From positions 3,551 to 67,550 of the forward strand of contig CBFHLR010000012.1 in the NCBI GenBank assembly GCA_965656715.1: a stretch of DNA of 64,000 nt, in the 5' to 3' direction. Position numbers and translations under genes: made by a program. Positions 53,508 through 63,629 of this stretch are shown one piece after another. Origin of the DNA: Coraliomargarita sp. (GTDB lineage: Bacteria; Verrucomicrobiota; Verrucomicrobiia; Opitutales; Coraliomargaritaceae). The notes below the pieces were generated by a model that ran no database searches, had not been told where the DNA came from, and saw nothing but the letters and a program-made list of their open reading frames with translations. Position 1 is the stretch's first letter; the number at the start of each line of letters is the position of its first letter.

Positions 53508-54911
53508 ATGCACCCGGACGAAGAGCCTCAACTGAAAATCTCGAAATTACCCTTTTATGTGGGGGATGGCTTACTTGTCGCTACAGCGCTAGCGATTGCG
53601 ATACTGGGAGATTGGCAGCTTACCGATATGCAGGTCGCGTATTGTGTGGTTGCGGTTGCCTTGGGCGCTGCGCTCACATGCCTGCCCTTCGTCGTGGAGT
53701 ATTTCATGCGGGCCAAGGAGCAGTCCGAAGATCGAACTGCCGAGATGGAGCTTCTGAAGAAGCATCTCGCTGAGACCAGCAATGCCTTTGAGCAGGTGTC
53801 TGCCCGTTTTCGTGATCTTGAGGCACGTTTGTCGGCCAATGGCCAGGCCGATGAGGTCGTGGTTGCCGCGGTGGATCAGAAATTGGCGGTCGTCGAGCAA
53901 CTTCGCGAGCAGGTGCAAGCAGTTCGCTCTGATTTCGAGGGCAAATTGACCGATCTTGAGAAGGCGATTCCTGCGCCGGTTGAGCTAGTGGATCCCGCGG
54001 TGTTGACAGGTCTTGAGCAGTCGGTTGCTGAGCTCCGGGCCAAGTTGGATGTAGCACAGCAGGATCACGTCGATTTGGAGCCGCTCATGCTGAGTGTTGA
54101 ACGCATTCAGACCATGTTGGATCAGCATACCGACCAACTCAATAAGTTGGAATCGATCGATCAAGAGGCGCAACCGAAGCGCGTGACACGAGGCCGACCT
54201 GCAAAGAAGAGTTTACTCCATCGAGCGATCAATGAAAAGCAGGATGTCTCGGCCAAGGCGGTGAAGCGTATAATTCGGGCGAAGAAGCTTTCAAGCGAGA
54301 GTGAGAGTGAGTCTGATTTGGCAGCTGAGAAGCAAGGCGAACAGAATGTGACGGTGGAGCCTGTTGCTGAGCTTGAGGAAACTGAAGAAATACTTGCTCC
54401 GGAATCCGTAGTTGAAGAACCGATGCCAGAGCCAGAGCCAGAGCCAGAAGTGGATGTAATGATTGAGGGACTCGGTGAACTGATGGAGATCGAAGACGAT
54501 GCGATCGAGGCCGAGCTTGCGAAATCGGAGGCCGAGCCCGAAGCGCAGGAGGCGCCGGCGGCAGCAGATGGTGAAGGCACGTCTGCAAGCGATTTATTCG
54601 GTGAAGCTCCTGCGACTACCGTGAGCCCAAAGCGTAAGTCACGCACTAAGAAAAAGGATGCGGTGCTGACGGTTAGTATCCTGATTGGAATTGGTAATAA
54701 GCCATTCCTGCGTGGCAGTGCTGCAGGCCTCACTTGGGAGCAAGGCATCGAAATGGATTTTCAGGAGATTGGTAAGTGGCGTTGGGTTGCACCGGAGGAC
54801 TTGGATGAGCCCATTGAAGTGCAGATTTATCGCAACGACGAGGATCCGGACCTGACAGGTAAATACACTTTGGAGCCGGGGCAAAAACTCGAACTGAGTC
54901 CGAAGTTCTGA
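53508..54911 (+). CDS. Membrane-anchored coiled-coil protein with an acidic linker, unknown function
   Basis: 467-aa ORF with two N-terminal TM helices, a long coiled-coil, a Glu/Pro-rich acidic stretch and a ~90-aa C-terminal globular segment. Confidence 0.6.
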   Translation: MHPDEEPQLKISKLPFYVGDGLLVATALAIAILGDWQLTDMQVAYCVVAVALGAALTCLPFVVEYFMRAKEQSEDRTAEMELLKKHLAETSNAFEQVSARFRDLEARLSANGQADEVVVAAVDQKLAVVEQLREQVQAVRSDFEGKLTDLEKAIPAPVELVDPAVLTGLEQSVAELRAKLDVAQQDHVDLEPLMLSVERIQTMLDQHTDQLNKLESIDQEAQPKRVTRGRPAKKSLLHRAINEKQDVSAKAVKRIIRAKKLSSESESESDLAAEKQGEQNVTVEPVAELEETEEILAPESVVEEPMPEPEPEPEVDVMIEGLGELMEIEDDAIEAELAKSEAEPEAQEAPAAADGEGTSASDLFGEAPATTVSPKRKSRTKKKDAVLTVSILIGIGNKPFLRGSAAGLTWEQGIEMDFQEIGKWRWVAPEDLDEPIEVQIYRNDEDPDLTGKYTLEPGQKLELSPKF

Positions 54912-54974
54912 TCTTCAAGATTATACATTGCCAGCTGAGCGTTCGCCTGTCTAAAAACTGATCTTCAAACTACC

Positions 54975-56495
54975 ATGTCGAACGACCCCATTTCTTCTAT
55001 TGATCTTGATGAGCTGCTCGCGCTTTCACCGGATGCCGTGGTTGCGCACGATATGGAATCGCGAGTTCTGTTCTGGAATCAGTCTGCAGAGAAATTGTAT
55101 GGTTGGGCGGCTGATGAGATCCAAGGGCGCCCTGTTGAGCGGATTTTTTATCTTGATAGTGCGGCGCACGAAGAGGCGATGCAGCAGCTCCGGGATCAGG
55201 GCGCGTGGGACGGTGAGCTTCGCCAAATTGATCGCGAAGGCGATGAGCATTTGGTGCGTTCGCGTCAACGGTTGGTGCGCGACGCTGGGGGAAGCCCCAG
55301 TTATGTGCTCGCTTTCAATACCGATATTACCGAGTTGAAGAAACAGGAAGATGCTGAAGAGCGTGCGCATCACGTGCGTTCTTCGAGTATTCTGGCCGGC
55401 GGGGTTGCTCACGAACTGAACAACGCGCTTGCGCCGATTATGCTCTCGTCGGCAATGCTCAAGCGCTCGATCGAAGATCCGAAGGCCCAGAACATGGTCG
55501 CGATGATCGAAAAGTGTGCCAACAAAGGCGCCGAGTTGATTTCCGATCTCCTTGCCTTTGAGCGTGGTCGTGGTGGTGGTTCCGATGTGATTCGCCGGAC
55601 GCAAGTCGAGCGCGCGATCAAACGCGCCTGCGATGAATTTGTAAGCGAGGGCATCACCCTCAAGCTAGATGTGGTCGAAGACCTTTGGGAGTGTCGAGGT
55701 GAGCCGACCGAGTTGGCGAAAGTGTATCAGGCCGTGGTGCAAAACGCCTGCGAGGCCATGCCGGATGGCGGGGTCTTACAGATTCAAGTTGGCAACCGTC
55801 TGTTCGATGAGAACTTCGAGAATCTCGCACCCGAGGCGAAGGCAGGTGCATATGTCTCCTTCGTTTTTACGGATACCGGATTTGGTATCGAGAATAGTAT
55901 TCTCAATCGTGTGGCCGAACCCTTCTTTACCACCAAGGAGCCCAAGCAGGGACGTGGCTTTGGCTTGTCCAGTGCACAAGCGATCATCAAGGGGCACAAG
56001 GGCTTCATGGTCCTTGAGAGCGAGCATGGTCAAGGCACGACGCTGAGTATTTTTATTCCTGCTGACATTTCTGCAGAAAAGGTCAAAGGATCGGCGCCGC
56101 CATTCCCAGTGACTAAAGAGGGCAATGGGAAACTCGTCTTGGTGGCGGACGACGAATTCTTTATCCGCGAGACCATCAAAAAGACGCTCGAAGAGCGTGG
56201 TTACGATGTGATTACCGCACAGGACGGCACCGAGGCCTTGGCGATTTTTGCGAGCCGTATTAGTGAGATCGATTTGGTGGTCACCAATGTGGAGATGCCC
56301 TTCATGGATGGTCCGGCATTGTGCCGTGCATTGAAGAAGCTCAAGCCTGAGGCGCGAGTGCTCGTTTCCAGCGGACACAAGCAGCAGGAGAAGATTCAGG
56401 AAATCAAATCCTCAGGCGTGCGACATTTCTTGGCTAAGCCCTACACCGCCGACAATCTGGCAGATCGTGTGCACGCGATCCTGTCTGAAGTTTAA
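54975..56495 (+). CDS. Hybrid sensor histidine kinase/response regulator with an N-terminal PAS domain
   Basis: PAS region (...ESRVLFWNQSAEKLYGW...), H-box AGGVAHELNNALAPI, N/G boxes (DTGFGI, GRGFGLS) and a receiver domain (LVLVADDE...). Confidence 0.9.
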   Translation: MSNDPISSIDLDELLALSPDAVVAHDMESRVLFWNQSAEKLYGWAADEIQGRPVERIFYLDSAAHEEAMQQLRDQGAWDGELRQIDREGDEHLVRSRQRLVRDAGGSPSYVLAFNTDITELKKQEDAEERAHHVRSSSILAGGVAHELNNALAPIMLSSAMLKRSIEDPKAQNMVAMIEKCANKGAELISDLLAFERGRGGGSDVIRRTQVERAIKRACDEFVSEGITLKLDVVEDLWECRGEPTELAKVYQAVVQNACEAMPDGGVLQIQVGNRLFDENFENLAPEAKAGAYVSFVFTDTGFGIENSILNRVAEPFFTTKEPKQGRGFGLSSAQAIIKGHKGFMVLESEHGQGTTLSIFIPADISAEKVKGSAPPFPVTKEGNGKLVLVADDEFFIRETIKKTLEERGYDVITAQDGTEALAIFASRISEIDLVVTNVEMPFMDGPALCRALKKLKPEARVLVSSGHKQQEKIQEIKSSGVRHFLAKPYTADNLADRVHAILSEV

Positions 56496-56519
56496 GTATT
56501 CGATTGGACTGATGCTTCG

Positions 56520-56774
56520 ATGTTGTGGCACGTTTATATGATCCGCTGTGTGGATCGCAGCTTGTATACCGGAATTGCGAAGGATGTGGAGCGTCGTTTT
56601 GGTGAGCATTGCTCAGGAGGCCCCAGGGGCGCCAAATACCTGCGTGGCCGCGGTCCGTTGGACTTGGTCTATCAGCGTGAAGTCGGCAGCCATTCGGAAG
56701 CGCTCAAGGAGGAGCGCCGGATCAAGCGCCTGACGAAGACACAAAAAGAGCGCCTCCTGCTGGAAGGCGCTTAG
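56520..56774 (+). CDS. GIY-YIG nuclease family protein (UPF0213-like)
   Basis: WHVYMIRCVDRSLYTGIAKDVERRFGEH... GIY-YIG core. 84 aa. Confidence 0.85.
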   Translation: MLWHVYMIRCVDRSLYTGIAKDVERRFGEHCSGGPRGAKYLRGRGPLDLVYQREVGSHSEALKEERRIKRLTKTQKERLLLEGA

Positions 56775-56783
56775 TTTTGAAGT

Positions 56784-57130
<347 letters not shown>

Positions 57131-57296
57131 GAAAGTGAAATCTGAAGCGCTAGAAAGGTGAAACCTGAAAGCGCCCATTTCTCGGAATGCCGGAAAGAAC
57201 TCGCTCTGTAATTGCAGAGGTTCTTTCAAAGAGCAGTGTAGAGACTCGCAGTTGTCTGCGTGTCAGGCAAGCTTATCTTAGAGTGGTCCGCTGTGG

Positions 57297-57755
57297 TTAG
57301 ATCCAGTCGTCTATGCTTAATAGGTAGATGAGGCCTGTGCCGTTAATCGCGACGCGAATCTTGCCGTTGCCGATGTTGCCGTCGTCGATCATTTGATCGA
57401 GTTGTAGGGCTTGTTCTGCGGTAAACTTAAGGTTGTAGACGTAAATGTAGGTGTAATTGCTGGAGTTCATGTAGAACCAGCTGTAACTGCCATTAACCCA
57501 CGCTTGGGGGAGGTAGTCTGCGATGGCCTCCGGGATCCGGGAGTAAGTCATTGTCGTCGGGTAGCCGCCGCTCTCGGTGCTATAGAGTTCTACGGCGTCG
57601 CCGAATTTGCGCAAGTCGTTGGCGGTGACAGTGGCTTCGGCGCGATCGGTAGCGGTGCGCACGCTGGGTATACCCATGAGCGCGATAATCCCTATAACGG
57701 TGGTGACTACCATTAGCTCTACAATGCTAAAGCCTTTATGGGAATTGTGCCTCAT
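57297..57755 (-). CDS. Prepilin-type N-terminal cleavage/methylation domain protein (pseudopilin-like)
   Basis: MRHNSHKGFSIVELMVVTTVIGIIALMGIPS is the class III signal/methylation motif. The gene is low in GC. Confidence 0.85.
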   Translation of the reverse strand: MRHNSHKGFSIVELMVVTTVIGIIALMGIPSVRTATDRAEATVTANDLRKFGDAVELYSTESGGYPTTMTYSRIPEAIADYLPQAWVNGSYSWFYMNSSNYTYIYVYNLKFTAEQALQLDQMIDDGNIGNGKIRVAINGTGLIYLLSIDDWI

Positions 57756-57881
57756 TCTTGAATAGGGTTAAGCGCCTATTTTTTACGATGTGCCAGCTTG
57801 TTACTAATGTCAATTCTGGGTTCAATGTAAAAGCGCCGTGAGGCTTTAGCAAGATTTTTACAGGGTTGGCGCATGGGGGCT

Positions 57882-58841
57882 TTATAGGCCGAATAGATGC
57901 TCGAAGTAGGCTTTTTTCTTATTGTTGTCGTAAATGGCTATCGAGTTATCAGGGCCTTTGGCGATGAGGCCGTTGTTCACTTTTGCGCTAATGGCGTTTT
58001 GCCATGCCTGAAAGGATTCGAAGGGGATGGAGCCATCTGCTGAGAAGGGTTGTCCGCTTTTGCCTTCTTCGGTGGGGATGTAGGCTTTGTAACGGCTGAC
58101 GATTTCCTGATTCATCATGCGCCGGACGGTCATGCCGCTGCTTTCGGCCCATGCTCGGAAGTCTTCGGAGCTGATGCTGAACTCGTAGACCTGCACTTGT
58201 TTGGATTTGTAGTAGGAAATTTTGCTGGCAGTGTTTGGAAGCCAGCTGACTTTTTCGAGGTTCTCTCCGTAGTCGGGAGCGCTACTTATAAAGAAGAATG
58301 CTGCGATTGGCAGGACTAGGATGCAGGCAACGAGAGCATAGAAGGCGCGAATGTCGCGTCGTGTTTTGGGTCTGAAGGACTCGAGCGCGTCTTCGTAGAA
58401 GCGCAGGGTGATGTTGGCTCGGGCTTTGGCGCTGCCTTCGCGGGCGATCAGCTCTTCGTAGCTACTGAGGCGCCAGCGCTTTTGGAGTTTGGCGTAGCGT
58501 TCGAGTGCTTCTTTTTCGAGTGCTTGCTCGGTTGCGTAGGTGGTGTCAATGCGCAACACGCTGACGTAGCCTTCGTGCGTGACGGAGGTCCAGGCAGAGC
58601 TTTCGTTCCGGAAGTAGCCTCCGAGCTGGAAGCTATCCATGTTCCAGCGGCGGTGGCCAGCGTAGATGACTTTGATGTCGTCATCGAAGGGGCCGTTGTA
58701 GAAGTCCAGTCGTATCTCGCTGTCGTGAAGTCCTGCGTCTTCCTGATAGGCTTTTTGCTTATCCTTGGAGGTGAATGCTCCCAATGCATGCAGCGATCCG
58801 TCTGTGTCGACGCGCACTAAAATATGCAGATGAGGGAGCAT
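57882..58841 (-). CDS. Hypothetical membrane protein
   Basis: 319-aa ORF with one central TM helix (FYALVACILVLPIAAFFFI). No recognisable domain. Confidence 0.5.
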   Translation of the reverse strand: MLPHLHILVRVDTDGSLHALGAFTSKDKQKAYQEDAGLHDSEIRLDFYNGPFDDDIKVIYAGHRRWNMDSFQLGGYFRNESSAWTSVTHEGYVSVLRIDTTYATEQALEKEALERYAKLQKRWRLSSYEELIAREGSAKARANITLRFYEDALESFRPKTRRDIRAFYALVACILVLPIAAFFFISSAPDYGENLEKVSWLPNTASKISYYKSKQVQVYEFSISSEDFRAWAESSGMTVRRMMNQEIVSRYKAYIPTEEGKSGQPFSADGSIPFESFQAWQNAISAKVNNGLIAKGPDNSIAIYDNNKKKAYFEHLFGL

Positions 58842-58954
58842 TTGAATCAGTAGGCCAAGGGGTGGCTCTGGCGGGCTGGGGGTTGTTCGCTTTTTTCTCG
58901 GCGATGTTTGCTCTCAAGTCAATACTTGAGGGGTGTAGTGGAATTACGGATACT

Positions 58955-59038
58955 GACCCTTGAGAGCTGGACCCTTGAGAGCTGGACCCTTGAGAGCTGG
59001 AACCTGAGAGCTGAAACCTGAGAGCTGAAACCTAAGAG
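58955..59038. repeat. Degenerating tandem repeat (3 x 15 nt GACCCTTGAGAGCTG, then 13-14-nt GAAACCTGAGAGCT units)
   Basis: Direct reading of the sequence. It lies between the mdh terminator and the start of the 57882..58841 gene. Confidence 0.85.
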
Positions 59039-59051
59039 TAGTGTTCGAAAG

Positions 59052-59084
59052 AAAAAGCCCGGCGCTCGCATGTGAGGCCGGGCT
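59052..59084 (-). terminator. Rho-independent terminator of mdh
   Basis: An A5 run on the + strand, then AGCCCGGC / GCCGGGCT, an 8-bp stem. On the minus strand this reads as hairpin plus U-run, about 30 nt after the mdh stop. Confidence 0.7.
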
Positions 59085-59114
59085 TTGGGGGAGAGTTGAG
59101 TCAGTGGTTTTGTT

Positions 59115-60098
59115 TTAGATCAGATCCTTAACTGCTTCGCGCTCTTCTTCGAGTTCCTTTACGGATGCGTCGATTTTGCCGCGGCTAAACTCGTTGATGT
59201 CAATTCCTTGCATGATTTCGAGTTGTCCGCCTTTGACGCGGCATGGCAGGGAAGTGATGAGGCCCTCAGTGGTGCCGTAGCTGCCGTCTGAGCAGATGCA
59301 CATGCTGAAGCTGTCGCCTTCTGGGGTATCGGTGGTCAGTGCAATGACTGAGTCAACGACGCCATTTGCTGCGGATGCTGCAGAGGATGCACCGCGCGCC
59401 TTAATGATCGCTGCGCCGCGTGTCTGCACGTCAGGGATGAAGGTGTCTTTGAGCCAGGCTTCATCACTGATGACTTCGGCTGCGGATTTGTCGCCGATCT
59501 TGGCTGAGTAGAAGTCCGGATATTGTGTGGCTGAGTGGTTGCCCCATATGGTCATGTTGGTGACCTCGGTGACATCGACGCCAGCTTTCTGTGCGAGCTG
59601 CGTTTTGGCGCGGTTCTCGTCGAGCATGGTCATCGCGAAGAAGCGGTCGTTTGGAACACCCTCTGCGTTGTTCATGGCGATCAGTGCGTTGGTGTTGCAG
59701 GGGTTGCCTACAACGAGCACGCGCACGTCTGGAGCAGCGTTTGCGCCGATTGCTTTGCCCTGGCCGGTAAATACTTTGCCGTTGATGCCGAGCAGGTCGC
59801 CGCGCTCCATGCCTGCCTTGCGGGGCACTGAGCCTACTAGGAGTGCCCAGTTGACATCCTTGAAGCCTTCATTGAGGTCCGTTGTGGCGACTACGTCCTT
59901 GAGTAACGGGAATGCGCAATCGTCGAGTTCCATGACCACGCCTTTGAGGGCATCAAGGGCTGGTGGAATTTCGATGAGGTTGAGGGCAACCGGTTGATCC
60001 GGGCCGAACATTGCGCCTGAGGCGATGCGGAAGAGGAGGGCGTAGCCGATGTTGCCGGCTGCACCAGTGACTGCGACACGGATGGGTGCTTTACTCAT
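59115..60098 (-). CDS. mdh: Malate dehydrogenase (NAD-dependent, MDH type 2)
   Basis: [28 protein letters not shown]..., IWGNHS, 327 aa. Confidence 0.94.
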   Translation of the reverse strand: MSKAPIRVAVTGAAGNIGYALLFRIASGAMFGPDQPVALNLIEIPPALDALKGVVMELDDCAFPLLKDVVATTDLNEGFKDVNWALLVGSVPRKAGMERGDLLGINGKVFTGQGKAIGANAAPDVRVLVVGNPCNTNALIAMNNAEGVPNDRFFAMTMLDENRAKTQLAQKAGVDVTEVTNMTIWGNHSATQYPDFYSAKIGDKSAAEVISDEAWLKDTFIPDVQTRGAAIIKARGASSAASAANGVVDSVIALTTDTPEGDSFSMCICSDGSYGTTEGLITSLPCRVKGGQLEIMQGIDINEFSRGKIDASVKELEEEREAVKDLI

Positions 60099-60210
60099 GA
60101 TTTTATATCTAGGGTTGCTGTTGATGAGAATAAAGTGAGTTAAGCCTGTTTATTATTGAAAGTAAATCTAATATTAAGATAATAGTGGATTAGATTTGCT
60201 AACCTCAGGT

Positions 60211-61263
60211 CTAGCTGAATAGCGGTGCGAGTTCAGTGTGTGCCTGCTTGATGATTTCCTCGGTGGTCGACCAGTCGATGCAACCATCGGTGATGGAAAC
60301 ACCATACTTGAGGTCTTCGACAGGTTGTGGGAAGCTTTGGTTGCCTGCATGGATGTTGCCTTCGATCATGGCGCCGATGACGCTTTTGTCGGTGAGGCTT
60401 TGGCGGACCAGTTCTTGGAAGACTGCTGGCTGGCGTGCTGGGTCTTTGCTGCTGTTGGCGTGGCTGCAGTCGATCATGATGGCAGGCGTGAGGCCGGCGG
60501 ATTCGAGTTTTTCGCGTGCTTCGGCGACGTCGTCTGCACCGTAGTTCGGTCCCTTGGATCCGCCGCGTAGCACGATGTGGCAGTTCGGGTTGCCGCTAGT
60601 CGTGATGGCGTTGGCCTGTCCTTGGTTGTCGATACCGAGGAAAGTTTGTTCTTGGCTAGCTGCTTTAATCGCATTGATCGCTACTGCGAGTCCACCGTCG
60701 GTGCCATTCTTGAAGCCGAGTGGCATCGAGAGGCCGGAGGCCATTTGGCGGTGGGTTTGGCTTTCGGTGGTGCGGGCGCCGATGGCGGACCAGCACACGA
60801 GGTCGGCAATATATTGTGGTGTGATCGGGTCAAGGAGCTCGGTAGCGGTGGGCACTCCGAGATCGATCACTTCCTTGAGGAAGCTGCGGGCGATGCGCAG
60901 GCCGGCTGGAATGTCGCTGGTGCCGTCGAGCTTTGGGTCCATGATGAGGCCTTTCCAGCCGACGGTGGTGCGTGGCTTTTCGAAGTAGACACGCATCACG
61001 AGCAGCATGCGGTCTTTCACTTCGTCCGCGAGCTTGGCAATCTTCTGGGCGTATTCGCGGCCGGCTTCCAGGTCGTGGATCGAGCAAGGGCCGACGACTA
61101 CGAGTAGGCGGCGGTCATCGCCAAAGATGATCTTGTTGATTGCTTCGCGACTTTCGGCGACAAATTTCTCCGCAGCTTCGGTCTTCTTGATCTCCTCGCA
61201 GAGCGCAATTGGAGAGGGAAGCAGCGTCTTGGACGTAATGTTGATATCGGTGACAGTTTTCAC
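60211..61263 (-). CDS. aroG: 3-deoxy-7-phosphoheptulonate (DAHP) synthase, class I
   Basis: LLVVVGPCSIHD, RVYFEKPRTTVGWKGL, IGARTTESQ.HR, GFKNGTDG. The start was moved from 61338 to the in-frame GTG 61263, giving about 350 aa, the usual length. The isozyme (F/G/H) cannot be assigned. Confidence 0.9.
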   Translation of the reverse strand: MKTVTDINITSKTLLPSPIALCEEIKKTEAAEKFVAESREAINKIIFGDDRRLLVVVGPCSIHDLEAGREYAQKIAKLADEVKDRMLLVMRVYFEKPRTTVGWKGLIMDPKLDGTSDIPAGLRIARSFLKEVIDLGVPTATELLDPITPQYIADLVCWSAIGARTTESQTHRQMASGLSMPLGFKNGTDGGLAVAINAIKAASQEQTFLGIDNQGQANAITTSGNPNCHIVLRGGSKGPNYGADDVAEAREKLESAGLTPAIMIDCSHANSSKDPARQPAVFQELVRQSLTDKSVIGAMIEGNIHAGNQSFPQPVEDLKYGVSITDGCIDWSTTEEIIKQAHTELAPLFS

Positions 61264-61397
61264 AGTGCGCGATCTGTAAGGCACAGATACTAAGGGAACA
61301 AGGCAGAAGTTTGCTCTTCTTTTGGGGTGAGTGGTCAAATTTGACCACTTGTCACGCTGGAGTCATATTTTTCATAAAATCTCGGGATATTTGAAAT

Positions 61398-61413
61398 TGG
61401 CATGGTGGGTGCT
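61398..61413 (+). promoter_or_regulatory. Sigma-54 (-24/-12) promoter candidate for amtB-glnK
   Basis: TGGCATGGTGGGTGCT compared with the consensus TGGCACG-N4-TTGCW. GG and GC are at the exact consensus spacing. It lies about 95 nt upstream of the amtB ATG. Confidence 0.5.
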
Positions 61414-61508
61414 TGTGTGGTCCCAGGTTCGTATCTAGTCGAATCACCAATCGAGCCGCAAGGCTCAGGACTCAACAACACATATATAAAAACCTAACAC
61501 AACTAATC

Positions 61509-62951
61509 ATGAAGATTAAACAATATCTACTCGCGCTGCTGCTAGGCTGTGTCGCTCTATTTAGTGCGTCGCCTGCAGTTGCAGAAGAAGAGGTCGATGA
61601 AGCGGCTGTTGCTGCTGCGATTGAACTGTCGCTTGCGCCTGCGAAGGCTGCAGCTGCGGCTGGTGACGGTAACGCCGCCGATTATATCGCTATGGTCGAA
61701 GAGCAAGGTTTGGGTGCATACGCATTCGACTTCTTTACGGTCTCGATGCTCTGGACAGTGATCGCTGCTGCTTTGGTGTTTGTGATGCACCTTGGTTTCG
61801 CAACGCTTGAGGCTGGTCTGACTCAGTCCAAGAACACTGTTAACATTCTGTTCAAGAATGTGTTCATTATCTGCATCGGTCTGCTTACATACGCTGCGGT
61901 TGGTTTCAACACTCACTACCCATGTGGCTCTTGGATCATCGAGAACGTGCTCGCTCTCAATGGACCACTTAGCGCTGGTAATGTAGACGACACTTGGGGT
62001 TACGGTGGCCTTAGCTTGGCAATGACCGGCTATGGTGACTTTATCTTCCAGGCTATGTTCGCGGCGACTGCGGCTACTATCGTATCTGGTGCGGTTGCTG
62101 AGCGTGTGAAGCTGACTAGCTTCATGATTTTCGCTACACTTCTTGTAGCTTTTGCTTACCCAATGGTTGGTGCATGGCACTGGGGTGAAGGCTGGTTGAA
62201 CCAAATGGAAAATCCATTCTACGACTTCGCTGGCTCGACTGTGGTTCACGCTTTCGGCGGTTTTGCCGCTCTTGCTTGTGTGATCGTGCTCGGTCCACGT
62301 GCTGGCAAGTATGTTGATGGTCGCATCAAGCCGATCCTCGGTCACAGCATGCCGCTTGCAACTATCGGTGTATTCCTCCTTTTCCTCGGTTGGTTCGGTT
62401 TCAATGGTGGTTCCGTTCTTTCCGCAAACCCAGCTGGTGTTGGTCTTGTGTTCGTAACAACTGCTCTCGCGGCAGCTGCCGGTGGCCTTGCTTCCATCAT
62501 CGTATCCTGGGGCTTTCTCAAGAAGCCTGACCTTTCCATGGCATTGAATGGTATTCTTGCCGGTCTGGTTGGTATCACCGCTGGTGCTGACGCAATGGGC
62601 CCATGGGCTTCTGTGATCGTCGGTGCAGTTGCTGGTGCGATCGTTGTTTTCTCCATCATCTTCTTCGACAAGATCAAGATCGACGATCCAGTCGGTGCGA
62701 TCTCTGTTCACGGTGTATGTGGTATCTGGGGCACACTTGCAGTCGCTTTCTTCGGCGGTGCTAGCTTCATGTCTCAGCTTATCGGTGTGGTTGCGGTTTC
62801 TCTTGCAGCTTTCATCTTCTCCATCGTCGTATTCGGCCTGCTTAAGGTTGTCATGGGTGTGCGTGTCTCTCCTGAAGAAGAAGCTGAAGGCCTCGACATC
62901 GGTGAGCACGGTCAAGAAGCCTATCCTGACTTCGCTGGTAGCGCTCGCTAA
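61509..62951 (+). CDS. amtB: Ammonium transporter
   Basis: The start was moved to ATG 61509 (MKIKQYLLALLLGCVALFSASPAVA signal peptide). It has the Amt signature helices (...FAGSTVVHAFGGFAALA..., ...HGVCGIWGTLAVAFF). Confidence 0.93.
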   Translation: MKIKQYLLALLLGCVALFSASPAVAEEEVDEAAVAAAIELSLAPAKAAAAAGDGNAADYIAMVEEQGLGAYAFDFFTVSMLWTVIAAALVFVMHLGFATLEAGLTQSKNTVNILFKNVFIICIGLLTYAAVGFNTHYPCGSWIIENVLALNGPLSAGNVDDTWGYGGLSLAMTGYGDFIFQAMFAATAATIVSGAVAERVKLTSFMIFATLLVAFAYPMVGAWHWGEGWLNQMENPFYDFAGSTVVHAFGGFAALACVIVLGPRAGKYVDGRIKPILGHSMPLATIGVFLLFLGWFGFNGGSVLSANPAGVGLVFVTTALAAAAGGLASIIVSWGFLKKPDLSMALNGILAGLVGITAGADAMGPWASVIVGAVAGAIVVFSIIFFDKIKIDDPVGAISVHGVCGIWGTLAVAFFGGASFMSQLIGVVAVSLAAFIFSIVVFGLLKVVMGVRVSPEEEAEGLDIGEHGQEAYPDFAGSAR

Positions 62952-62990
62952 TCCGCCAAGCCAATTAACAATCAACCATCTAAATTATAA

Positions 62991-63335
<345 letters not shown>

Positions 63336-63374
63336 GCTTCTTTGACTCAATAAATACTCTCTTCTGAGTCCACT

Positions 63375-63408
63375 GCGGTCATCCCTTCGGGGGTGGCCGC
63401 TTCTTTTT
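63375..63408 (+). terminator. Rho-independent terminator of amtB-glnK
   Basis: GCGGTCATCCC / GGGGTGGCCGC stem (with G-U pairs), TTCG loop, then TTCTTTTT. Confidence 0.65.
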
Positions 63409-63629
63409 GGGCGAATCCGTCTGTAGTAATAGTTATTTTCAGAAAAAATTGGAACTCATTGGGTGGCGGGCTGACTACCGTAATATCAGCCGCGAGTTGA
63501 ATCATTTTTCATATGAGTTAGTTAGGGTAATTAAGGTTAGCAGTGAACCCCGTCTTCAATAGGAGGCGGGGTTCTTTATTGTTCAAATCCTACGCTTGCG
63601 GAGGTTCGTTGTTCTGCTAGATCACGAGT

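Noticed and set aside
58955-59038. Possible CRISPR array (also considered for 31751-31985 and 44508-44681)
   Set aside because: The repeats are contiguous with no unique spacers, the units are 13-15 nt or 87 nt rather than 24-48 nt with spacers, and no cas genes are in the window.
61421-61455. tRNA-like T-arm sequence (GGTCCCAGGTTCGTATCTAGTCGAATCACC) in the amtB leader
   Set aside because: No acceptor stem, D-arm or anticodon arm can be built around it. It only resembles GGTTCGAATCC.
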